Below, piece by piece: positions 8,349-16,764 of a stretch of DNA of 43,695 bases. Position 1 is the first letter of the stretch, and each line of letters begins with the position of its first letter. Origin of the DNA: a virus (lineage: Duplodnaviria; Caudoviricetes). The DNA lies in the IMG/VR virus record IMGVR_UViG_3300046788_000415, positions 1 to 43,695 of that record, one strand, 5' to 3'. The translations under genes and the position numbers were made by a program. Under the pieces are notes generated by a model. The model saw nothing but the letters and a program-made list of their open reading frames with translations. It searched no databases and had not been told where the DNA came from.

Positions 8349-8533
8349 TCCGAATCCGCGCCCGCCTGGGCGACGGAAGTACCTCGATCGAGGTCGACGG
8401 ACACGAGCGGCATATCGAGCAGGGGCGCATCTGCGCCGCCGTCTCGGCCATCACCCAGACCGCCCTGCTCGGCCTCCAGCAGATCGCCGAACAGCATCCG
8501 GACATCGTGTCCATCGAGATCACGGAGAAGTAG
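8345..8533 (+). CDS. prp: Prp-family (DUF464) cysteine protease, 62-aa minimal form
   Basis: MIRI...IEVDGH...ICAAVSAITQTALLGLQQIAEQHPDIVSI keeps the catalytic GH and CAAVSA motifs and the Prp C-terminal pattern. Confidence 0.8.
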   Translation: MIRIRARLGDGSTSIEVDGHERHIEQGRICAAVSAITQTALLGLQQIAEQHPDIVSIEITEK

Positions 8534-9850
8534 ATGACCCTGTCGACCCGCGCCCGCTGGTTCCGGCTCGATCGCCACGACGTGCGGTCGACGCTGCCGG
8601 CCGCCATCCAGGCGATCATGCAGAACGGCATCCTGGACCGCACCTTCCGCGACGCCCTCATCCCGCAGTTCCTGTTCCCCGCGATCGCCGACAGCGAGCC
8701 GTGGCAGGGCGGTCTGGGTGACACCCGGACCTTCACCCGCAAGGGCCTGATCGCCCCGACCACGACCCCGCTCGCGGGTGCCGACATTGCCGGCGCTTCG
8801 ACGTACACGGTCGAGCAGTGGTCGGTCGTGATGGACCAGTACGGCATCAGCGTGGACACGAACATGCTGCAGTCGGCGATGACCCTGGCCAGCAAGTTCC
8901 TTGCGGACGTGCAGACCCTCGGCATCAACGCCGGCCAGTCGCTGAACCGGATCGCCCGCGCGAAGATGTACAACGCGTACATGGGCGGCCGGACCTGGGC
9001 CACCGCGGCGGCCAGCACTGACACGACCATCGCTGTGCAGGAGGTCGCCGGCTTCACCAAGGTCCTCGTCAACGGCGTGCCCACGGCGGTGTCCGCCGGC
9101 AACCCGCTGAACGTCACGATCAACGGTGTGGCCAACACGGTCACCGGCACGTCCGTCCAGTCCGGTCCGGGCAACCTGACCCTGGGCACCACCCGTGTGG
9201 ACGTCGTCGGTGACCCGGTCATTTCGTCCAACGCGCCGACCTCGATCCGGCCCGGCGTCTCGCCGGCCGCGACCGCCTACCAGCTCACCGCGGGTACCGA
9301 CGTGGCCACCCTGGCCACGTTCCGGGCGGCCGTCATCCGGCTGCGGAAGATGAACGTCCCCACCATGGGCGGCTACTACACGGCGCACATCCCGCCGGAC
9401 ACCGAGGCCGAACTGTTCGCCGACGCCGACTTCAAGCAGGCGCTGCAGGGACGGGTGGACTCGCCGATCTGGCGGGACCTGTCGATCGGCCGGTTCTCCG
9501 GCATCGACTGGGTCCGCAACATCGAATGCCCGACGGTGCTGGGCACCTCGACGCAGGCCGTCACCGTGTTCCGGCCCATCGTGGTCGGCGCCGGCTCGGT
9601 CGTCGCGGCACCGTTCGACGGTGTCGGCAGCCTGCTCGCCGGTACCGGCGTAGAGGACGTCCCGTCGGTCCGGATGATCCCGGCCGCGCCGTCCACGGAG
9701 GTCGCGCTGATCGTCCGCCCGCCGCAGGACCGTCTCCAGCAGGTCATCTCCACCTCCTGGTCGTACACCGGCGACTTCGGTGTGCCGTCCGACTCCGGCA
9801 CCGGCGACACCGCGCTGTTCAAGCGTGCCGTCGTCATCGAACACATCTAG
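8534..9850 (+). CDS. Major capsid protein
   Basis: 438 aa after scaffold; LRKMNVP...YTAHIPP...IGRFSGIDWV HK97-fold pattern; N-terminal WFRLDRH. Confidence 0.88.
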   Translation: MTLSTRARWFRLDRHDVRSTLPAAIQAIMQNGILDRTFRDALIPQFLFPAIADSEPWQGGLGDTRTFTRKGLIAPTTTPLAGADIAGASTYTVEQWSVVMDQYGISVDTNMLQSAMTLASKFLADVQTLGINAGQSLNRIARAKMYNAYMGGRTWATAAASTDTTIAVQEVAGFTKVLVNGVPTAVSAGNPLNVTINGVANTVTGTSVQSGPGNLTLGTTRVDVVGDPVISSNAPTSIRPGVSPAATAYQLTAGTDVATLATFRAAVIRLRKMNVPTMGGYYTAHIPPDTEAELFADADFKQALQGRVDSPIWRDLSIGRFSGIDWVRNIECPTVLGTSTQAVTVFRPIVVGAGSVVAAPFDGVGSLLAGTGVEDVPSVRMIPAAPSTEVALIVRPPQDRLQQVISTSWSYTGDFGVPSDSGTGDTALFKRAVVIEHI

Positions 9851-9859
9851 GAGAACGGG

Positions 9860-10180
9860 ATGCCGCTGGTCATCACCCGGGACTGCCAGATCTACTGGAA
9901 TTACCAGGTGTGCGCTCTGCCGAAGGGGACAGAGATCCCCGACGGGGAGTTCGCCACCTATCTCCGGTCGGCCGGCGGCGCCCCGATCGAGGAGATCCCG
10001 GACCGGCCGGCCGTCGACACCGACGGCGACGGCGTACCCGACGGCACGATCGGCCAGGTCGTCGAGTGGGTGGGCGCCGACCTGGACCGGGCTGCCCTGG
10101 CCCTGACGGCCGAGAAGGCCAAGGGCGACACCGCACGTTCCACGCTGGTCGCCGCTCTGACCAGGCTGCTGTCCGAGTGA
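9860..10180 (+). CDS. Head-associated protein with DxDxDG motif and C-terminal helical domain
   Basis: SD AGGAG; DTDGDGVPD; TIGQVVEWVG...RSTLVAAL. Confidence 0.7.
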   Translation: MPLVITRDCQIYWNYQVCALPKGTEIPDGEFATYLRSAGGAPIEEIPDRPAVDTDGDGVPDGTIGQVVEWVGADLDRAALALTAEKAKGDTARSTLVAALTRLLSE

Positions 10181-10196
10181 ACCGGAAGGCGAGCTG

Positions 10197-10826
10197 ATGA
10201 CATCGTTCGCGACGCCCGCTCAGCTCGCCTCCCGCATGCAATCGGACGTTGACACTGCCAGCGCCCAACTCGCGCTGGACAACGCGTGCGGGTTGATCAG
10301 GGCGATCTCCCGGCAGCAGTTCGACTTCGTCTCGCAGGAGACGATCACCCTGACCGGCTCCGGTCAGATCCTGGTCCTGCCGCAACGGCCGGCCGTGGTC
10401 GATACCGGCGCGAACCCGCTGACCGTCGTCGAGCTCGGCGACTTCGGCGCAATCAACTTCACACTGGTCGAGTCCCGCGACTTCGTCAGGGTCGGCAACG
10501 AGCTGACCCGCGGCTACCCGTTCTGGGCGAACACGTCGCGGCTGATGGGCTGGCCGCTGCGCCGGCCGATCGGTATCTGGGCGCCCCGGATCCAGGTCAC
10601 CTACTCGCACGGCTACACGACGATCCCGGACGACGTCGTGGGCATGTGCCTGGACATCGCGCAGTCGATCTACTCCAACCCGGACGGTCTGCGCAGCGTT
10701 TCGATCGATGACTACACCGAGGTCCGGGCCACCGAACTGCTCGGCGCCGCGGCGGTCGAGTCCATCAAGGTTCGGCTCGGCGCGATGACCCGCCGACGCG
10801 GATCCTTCTCCATCGTCAACACCTGA
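10197..10826 (+). CDS. Head-to-tail adaptor
   Basis: FATPAQLA...VTYSHGYTTIPDDV...NPDGLRSVSIDDY. Confidence 0.8.
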   Translation: MTSFATPAQLASRMQSDVDTASAQLALDNACGLIRAISRQQFDFVSQETITLTGSGQILVLPQRPAVVDTGANPLTVVELGDFGAINFTLVESRDFVRVGNELTRGYPFWANTSRLMGWPLRRPIGIWAPRIQVTYSHGYTTIPDDVVGMCLDIAQSIYSNPDGLRSVSIDDYTEVRATELLGAAAVESIKVRLGAMTRRRGSFSIVNT

Positions 10827-10847
10827 GCAGGAGAGCGAGACAGCCCC

Positions 10848-11318
10848 ATGTCCCTGACCGAATATGCCGTGCCGACTGGCGCGGCTGTCGCGCTGACGGC
10901 GGCGACCGCGAAGACCACGCTGGCGGTGATCGCGCCTGCCACATTCGGCGTGGATCTGCGCCGGTTCTCCATCTCGTTCGACGGTGTGACGGCGTCGGCC
11001 ATTCCGGTGCTGTGGGAGCTCTGCTACAGCACATTCGCCACGAACTCGACGCCCGGCACGAACAACACGACCGCCACCGTGACTCAGACCGCGGGCCGGG
11101 TCATCACGCCTGGGTTCACCGGTTTCTATGCGAGCACGGTAGAGCCGACGGTGCTCACCGTGCTCGAATCGGACACGTTGACCCCGAACGGTGGTCTGCT
11201 GATCCGGGACTTCGGGGCGAACGGCCCGGACTCGGCGGTTTCCAATGGGTTCGTGCTGCGGCTGACCGCCCCGGCTGCGGTCAACGCCCGGGCCAGCTTC
11301 TATCTCGGTCGCTGCTGA
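10848..11318 (+). CDS. Putative virion structural protein
   Basis: Thr/Ala/Gly-rich, predicted beta-rich, in morphogenesis operon; SD AGGAG. Confidence 0.65.
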   Translation: MSLTEYAVPTGAAVALTAATAKTTLAVIAPATFGVDLRRFSISFDGVTASAIPVLWELCYSTFATNSTPGTNNTTATVTQTAGRVITPGFTGFYASTVEPTVLTVLESDTLTPNGGLLIRDFGANGPDSAVSNGFVLRLTAPAAVNARASFYLGRC

Positions 11319-11608
11319 TGGCGGTGCTCGGCAGCGACAAGGTGCGCCTGCTGTACAGCGAGGGCTTCGCCCTGCACATCGCGCTGTACGCCGTGGTCGG
11401 TGCGACGACCGGTGACACCGTCGATCTGGCCGGTGATTTCGCGGTGGTCAAGCAGGCCGTGATCCAGGGTGCGACGGTCGTCGGGCAGGGCGTCGTGTCG
11501 ACCATTTCCGGCACGGTCGTCACCCTGCCTTCGGGGATCGGCGGCACGACCCCGGACGGCCTCCACATGCTCGTTCAGGGCGAGGCCGGAGTCAGGTTCC
11601 AGGGCTGA
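11318..11608 (+). CDS. Putative virion structural protein
   Basis: TGATG coupling; predicted beta-rich. Confidence 0.65.
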   Translation: MAVLGSDKVRLLYSEGFALHIALYAVVGATTGDTVDLAGDFAVVKQAVIQGATVVGQGVVSTISGTVVTLPSGIGGTTPDGLHMLVQGEAGVRFQG

Positions 11609-11609
11609 G

Positions 11610-12632
11610 ATGGCCGACAGCAGCGCACCGATCAGCGGCGGCGGCCAGGCCGACACCCGCACCGTCGCGGGCGGCGACCACCGGCAGGTCGTGGTGCTCG
11701 GTGACCCGGTCACCAACGCGAACGTCGCGACGGTCTTCGCGGGCGGGCAGCTGCGGGTCGCGCTTGATGCGACGCAGCTGTTCATCGACACGTTCGACGC
11801 GGGCCTGGACACGGTCAACCGGTGGAATACGCCGCTGACCGGCGGCACCGGCATCGCGGCGACCTCGACGGTCGGCGCGACCGTGCTGGACGGCGGGACG
11901 ACGAACGGATCGTTCTCGGTGCTGGAGTCGCGGCCGAGCTTCATTCCGGACGAGCCCGGCTGGGACCTCGTCCAGATGCGGCTCAACATCGAATTCCCGG
12001 TCGTCACCACCGCACACCGGTTCTGGGGTCTGGGCACCACGCCCGGCTCCCCGACCACGGCCGCGCCGCTGACGAACGCTGTCGGGTGGGAGATCCGCAC
12101 CGACGGCATCCTGTATGCGGTGACGTTCGCGTCGGGCTCCCGGAACTTCTCGGCGTCGCTGAGCTCGGTCCAGCCGACCGACTCGTCCGCGCACAAGTAC
12201 TACCTGTACGTGCGCGGTGACCTGTGTTTCTGGGCGATCGACTCCCTCGACAACGTGGTCGCGAGCTTCACCACCGGCGCATCCGGCCCGGACGTCAACA
12301 CGCTGCCGATGAAGGTCCAGGTGGCCTCTGCGGGCGGTACGCACGCCACGATCCAGCTCAACGGCTGCTCGGTCGGCGATACGGCCCGCAACAACAACAC
12401 CCTGTCCGACCCGGTCTATCCGTGGCGGCAGGCCACCGTCAGCAGCGCGGGCGCGTTGAACGTCGCCCAGCAGGGCGCGGTCGCAGTCACAGGCATCACC
12501 AGCGTCCAGGGCGCCGTGCTCGTGGCCGACGACTACGGCGCGCAGATCCTGCTCGAGCTGCGCCGGATGAACACGTACCTCGCCTATCTGACCCAAGAAC
12601 GCGTCAGCGACGCCGACATCCTGGAGCTGTAA
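11610..12632 (+). CDS. Putative fibre/decoration protein with beta-sandwich domain
   Basis: ATG 11610; FIDTFD...NRW...FWGLG...AVGWE; C-terminal ILLELRRMNTYL helix. Confidence 0.6.
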   Translation: MADSSAPISGGGQADTRTVAGGDHRQVVVLGDPVTNANVATVFAGGQLRVALDATQLFIDTFDAGLDTVNRWNTPLTGGTGIAATSTVGATVLDGGTTNGSFSVLESRPSFIPDEPGWDLVQMRLNIEFPVVTTAHRFWGLGTTPGSPTTAAPLTNAVGWEIRTDGILYAVTFASGSRNFSASLSSVQPTDSSAHKYYLYVRGDLCFWAIDSLDNVVASFTTGASGPDVNTLPMKVQVASAGGTHATIQLNGCSVGDTARNNNTLSDPVYPWRQATVSSAGALNVAQQGAVAVTGITSVQGAVLVADDYGAQILLELRRMNTYLAYLTQERVSDADILEL

Positions 12633-13240
12633 TGCCCGCATCCACGTACCTGACCGTCGGCCCGCAGACCGGCACGGACGGCGCGGTCGTCGCAACCCGA
12701 GCCGGCCGCACCGGCGAAGCGATCGTCACCGAGCTGAACGCCCGCTACGCGGAGCAGGTCATCCGCGGCACCACGTTCCTGGCCGCGAACACCGCCGCGC
12801 AGGCCGTCAGCGTCGCGCTGGCGACCACGTACACGGGCCTGTGCCTGTCGAACGCGACCGGCTCCGGCAAGAACTTCGTCCTCATCGAGGCGTCGTTCGG
12901 CCTGACGGTCGCGCCGGCCGGTATTGCCTCGATCCACCTCATCGGCGGCTCGTCGACGACCGCGGTCACGCACACCACCCCGATTACGCCGACCTGCGCG
13001 CTGCTGGGTTCCTCCAACACGTCCGCCGCGAAGGTGGACTCGGCGGCGACCATCCCGACCCCGATCTACCTGGACACGCTGATGGGCGGCTTCACCGCCG
13101 CCGCCCTGCCCGCCTCACCGTCGACCACGTTCGACATCGCCGGGCGCATCGTGCTGGCCCCAGGCGGCTTCATCGCGATCGGTGCGCTGACCGCGGCCAC
13201 CGGCATCGGCTCGATGACCTGGGTCGAGGTCCCCGTCTAA
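12632..13240 (+). CDS. Putative virion structural protein
   Basis: TAATG coupling; LSNATGSGKN and terminal TWVEVPV patterns typical of phage structural proteins. Confidence 0.65.
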   Translation: MPASTYLTVGPQTGTDGAVVATRAGRTGEAIVTELNARYAEQVIRGTTFLAANTAAQAVSVALATTYTGLCLSNATGSGKNFVLIEASFGLTVAPAGIASIHLIGGSSTTAVTHTTPITPTCALLGSSNTSAAKVDSAATIPTPIYLDTLMGGFTAAALPASPSTTFDIAGRIVLAPGGFIAIGALTAATGIGSMTWVEVPV

Positions 13241-13292
13241 CCCGTCCGGTCCGGCCGCAGAGATAGGGGCGTCGCACAGATAGGGGCACGCG

Positions 13293-15218
13293 GTGAGCCT
13301 GCTCCTGCTCTTCCAGTCCCAGGCCACCGGTTCCGGCCGCGGCCCGCTGGTCGTCACCGCCGCGGGAACAGCTGCCGCACCGGCCGCCATCGTCCTGCGC
13401 ACGCCGCAGTCCACCGCACCCGCCGTCCCACCGTCGCTGCGCGCCCTGGGCACGGTGGTCGCGACCACCACGAGCACCCCGAGCTTCTCGGCGCCCGCGG
13501 GCACGCAGGCGACCGACGTCGTCCTCGCGCTGTCGTTCATCGACGCTGGCACGACCACGGTCACCGCCGTGCCGACCGGGTTCACGGTCATCCCGAACCT
13601 GCCGCAGGACTCCAATCCCTCAGCCCCGGCGACGGACCATTCGCTGATCGGCTACTGGGGCCGGTTCTCCGACATCGGCGCCGGACCGTACACGTTCACC
13701 CTCTCCGCGAGCGTGTTCGTCGAGGGCCGCACCGCCGCGATCCAGGACTGCATCACCACCGGCAGCCCGTGGGAAGCCACCTCCGGCAACACGTCCGGGC
13801 CGGCCTCGTCCGTCACGACCGCCCCGGCCGTGTCCGCGACCTCGCTCGGCACCAACCGGTACGCGTTCTACGCGGCCACCAACTGGACCGGCGGCGCCTG
13901 GACCCCGGCGTCGGGTTTCGTCGAGCAGTGGGACGCCAACGACGAAGTCATCACCTTCGACGACAAATCGCTGCCGACCGCCCAGACGGTCAGCCCGCAG
14001 GCCGTCTGCGCCGGCTCAGCGCGGTCGAACGCGTGGGTCGGCATCCTGCTCCCGGCATCCGGCGCTGCGACATCGTCAGCAACCCCGACCCCGCTGGTCG
14101 TCACCCCATCCACGCCTCCGCCGGCCGCGCAGGCGATCCTGAGCCGTAATCCCGCCGCACCGGCTGCCGCACCGGCACCGGCGGGAATCCAGCCGTACGT
14201 CATCACCACGTCGGCGGTCGCCGGGACGCCGCAGGCGATCGTGGCGCGCGGCAGCCTGGTCGATCTGGCCACCCCGCGGCCCTACGTCGTCACGGCGTCG
14301 GGCTCGGTCCCGGTCGCTACCTCGATCGTTGTCCGTTCGACGTTCGTCGACCCGCCGGTCCTGACGACGCCGCAGCCCTACGTGGTCACCGGGCCGGCCC
14401 CGGTCGCCCCTGTGCCGCTGTCGGTCACCGGCCGGTCGAGTCTCGCGGACGCCGTGGTCGTGGTGGCCCCGACGCCGAACCCGGTCGTCGTCACCATCCC
14501 CACCCCGAGCGTTCCGGCCGTGGTCATCACGCTCCGGTCGACGCTCGCCGACCCACCCGTACTCACCACGCCGGCCCCGTATCTCGCAGCCGGCCCCGCC
14601 CCGGTGTCCGGCCCCGCGGCGGTCCTGTTCAGTCGTAACCTGGCCGCTCCCGTGGTCGTCCCGGCCACGACCAGCGCGCAACCGTACGTGGTCACCTCGG
14701 CCGGACCGGTCCCGCTGGCTCTCGCCATCGTCGGCCGCAGTACCCTGGCCGACCCGCCCGTCCTGACTACCCCGCCGCCGTTGGTGGTCACCAGCATCGC
14801 GCCGGTCCCGGCTGCCCTGGTGGTCTCCAGCCGGACGCCGGCCGCCGACATCTTCACCGCAGGCCGTCAGCCGGTCACCGCGACCGGCCCGGCCACCGCG
14901 ACCGGCCCGGCCACCGCGGTTCGGTCGCTGGCGGTGATCGTCCGGGCGCCGGTCGCCGCCGCAGTGTTCGTCCCGCAGTCGACCCGGCCGTACGTCGTCC
15001 TCGCCCAGCCGCCACCACTAGCGACGCTGGTGCTCACGTCGCGGGCGCCGGCCATCTGCGACTGCCAGACCCACCGGCCGAGCACCGGCATCACCGCAAG
15101 GCCCATGACGGGTATCACCGCCCGCCCCGGCGCTGGCACGACGACCCGCCCGGCCGGCGGCACGACGACCCGCCCGAACGCGGGTATCACCACCCGGCCG
15201 TGCACCTGCCAGCAGTGA
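13293..15218 (+). CDS. Pro/Thr/Val-rich repeat protein (putative neck or head fibre)
   Basis: Globular N-terminal domain, about ten P[YL]VVT...RS[TS]LADP repeats, C-terminal TxRPxxG repeats bracketed by CxC. Confidence 0.7.
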   Translation: MSLLLLFQSQATGSGRGPLVVTAAGTAAAPAAIVLRTPQSTAPAVPPSLRALGTVVATTTSTPSFSAPAGTQATDVVLALSFIDAGTTTVTAVPTGFTVIPNLPQDSNPSAPATDHSLIGYWGRFSDIGAGPYTFTLSASVFVEGRTAAIQDCITTGSPWEATSGNTSGPASSVTTAPAVSATSLGTNRYAFYAATNWTGGAWTPASGFVEQWDANDEVITFDDKSLPTAQTVSPQAVCAGSARSNAWVGILLPASGAATSSATPTPLVVTPSTPPPAAQAILSRNPAAPAAAPAPAGIQPYVITTSAVAGTPQAIVARGSLVDLATPRPYVVTASGSVPVATSIVVRSTFVDPPVLTTPQPYVVTGPAPVAPVPLSVTGRSSLADAVVVVAPTPNPVVVTIPTPSVPAVVITLRSTLADPPVLTTPAPYLAAGPAPVSGPAAVLFSRNLAAPVVVPATTSAQPYVVTSAGPVPLALAIVGRSTLADPPVLTTPPPLVVTSIAPVPAALVVSSRTPAADIFTAGRQPVTATGPATATGPATAVRSLAVIVRAPVAAAVFVPQSTRPYVVLAQPPPLATLVLTSRAPAICDCQTHRPSTGITARPMTGITARPGAGTTTRPAGGTTTRPNAGITTRPCTCQQ

Positions 15219-15228
15219 GGAGGACGGC

Positions 15229-15633
15229 ATGGCCCGCGAAGCCCTCCTCGCCCGCGCCAGGATCTTCGCCGAGGCAGGCATGTCGGACACGTGCACGATC
15301 CGACGTCGCACCGGCGAGACCACCGACCCGGCCACCGGCGTGGTCACGCCGACCTACCTGAGCCCCGACCCGTACGCCGGGAAGTGTCGGATCCAGCAGC
15401 CCACGGCGACGGCCAGGCCGCACGAGGTCAGCGAGGACTTCGTGCTGATGCTGCGGCTGGAGATCCAGCTACCGATGGCGGTGACGGGTCTGCGGGTCGG
15501 CGACGAGATCACCATCACCGCCTCACCGCACGATCCGGACCTGGTCGGCCGGGTGTTCCTCGCCCACGACCTGTTCCATAAGACCGACGCCACCTCAAGG
15601 CGTGTGGCGATCGTCGAGCGGACGGGGTCCTGA
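15229..15633 (+). CDS. Head-to-tail stopper (DUF6093-like)
   Basis: MSDTCTIRR...YAGKCRIQ...DPDLVGRVF. Confidence 0.82.
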   Translation: MAREALLARARIFAEAGMSDTCTIRRRTGETTDPATGVVTPTYLSPDPYAGKCRIQQPTATARPHEVSEDFVLMLRLEIQLPMAVTGLRVGDEITITASPHDPDLVGRVFLAHDLFHKTDATSRRVAIVERTGS

Positions 15634-16031
15634 TGCCTTCTTCGTCGCTGCATTTCGACACCGCCGAGGTCGCCGCGGTCGCCGATATCCTGGTCCGCGC
15701 GGCCGCCGTCGCCCCGCTCGCGGCCCGCGCGGTCGTGGCCAAGGGCGCGTTGAACATCAAGACCGACGCCAGGGCCCGCATCTCGGGTTTGGCGCATGCC
15801 CCGGCCTACCCGTCGGCGATCACCTACGACTCGCACGAGACCGCGGGCAGCGCCTGGGCGGAGATCGGCCCGGACAAAGACAAGCGGCAGGGTGCGCTGG
15901 GCAACCTGCTGGAGTACGGCTCGACGAACAACGGCCCGCGTCCGCACATGGGCCCGGCGGCCGAGGCGGAGTTGCCGAAGTTCGCGGCGGCGATGGAAGA
16001 GCTCGCCGTGAAGGCGCTGGGTCTCGGATGA
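15633..16031 (+). CDS. Neck / tail-completion protein (HK97 gp10-like)
   Basis: AEIGPDK...GNLLEYGS...PHMGPA. Confidence 0.78.
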   Translation: MPSSSLHFDTAEVAAVADILVRAAAVAPLAARAVVAKGALNIKTDARARISGLAHAPAYPSAITYDSHETAGSAWAEIGPDKDKRQGALGNLLEYGSTNNGPRPHMGPAAEAELPKFAAAMEELAVKALGLG

Positions 16032-16441
16032 GCACGATCCAGGCTCACGCCGACGCCGGCCTGACGCTGCTGCGGTCGGACGCGCAGTTGACGGTATTTG
16101 ACGGCAGGGTCGGTGACAGCCCGCCGGATCACTACGTGGTCGTCCAGTCCTTCCGGCAACTGCCGTCCGGGCTGGTCGAGCCCGACAAGATCAAGCTCAA
16201 CGGCCGATCGACGGTCGTGGACATGCGGTTCTACTGCCACTGTGTCGGCCGGACCGAGATGGCCGCCCGGGCGATCGCCGGCCGCGTGGAAGATCTGCTG
16301 CTCGACGTGACTCTGGTCGTCGGCGCGCGGACGTGCCTGCCGATCCGCTGGATCGAGGGGCAGCCGCCGACGCGCAACGAGGACACGTTGGCGCCGTCCT
16401 TCGACCAGGTCGACGTGTACGGCTTTCAGAGCTCGGGCTGA
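16028..16441 (+). CDS. Tail terminator
   Basis: ATGA overlap; VFDGRV...YVVV; position before tail tube. Confidence 0.72.
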   Translation: MSTIQAHADAGLTLLRSDAQLTVFDGRVGDSPPDHYVVVQSFRQLPSGLVEPDKIKLNGRSTVVDMRFYCHCVGRTEMAARAIAGRVEDLLLDVTLVVGARTCLPIRWIEGQPPTRNEDTLAPSFDQVDVYGFQSSG

Positions 16442-16683
16442 TCCTCGGCGTGAGCGCGCGCCCAGCGGCGCCGATCGCTGAGAGCAATGGCGGTCAGCAC
16501 GCCGAAGACGATCGCGCCGATGACGAAGCCGCCGATCGCGCCCTCATTCGTGTTGTCGCCGGCAACCCGGGCGAACAGGCCGGCGGCCACGATGCCCCAC
16601 ACGATCCGGACGCTCAGCCACTGGATCGACCACCAGCGCACCGGCATCCGCATGACGTCATCCTCGCTCTGCGTGTCATTCAC
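16426..16683 (-). CDS. Small two-TM membrane protein, antisense moron in the tail operon
   Basis: Two hydrophobic stretches; GTG 16683 lies 7 nt after TACAGT -10; fills the gap between plus-strand genes. Confidence 0.65.
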   Translation of the reverse strand: MNDTQSEDDVMRMPVRWWSIQWLSVRIVWGIVAAGLFARVAGDNTNEGAIGGFVIGAIVFGVLTAIALSDRRRWARAHAEDQPEL

Positions 16684-16764
16684 GGCTAGCACTGTACGGC
16701 CCGCACGCACGAGATCACCGTCCGCTGATCGGCGGACTGTCCACATCCACCGAAAGGCGGCGCC

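Noticed and set aside
4042-9844. Long minus-strand ORFs (e.g. 4042-5364, 8339-9844)
   Set aside because: Antisense shadows of high-GC3 structural genes; no motifs or RBS
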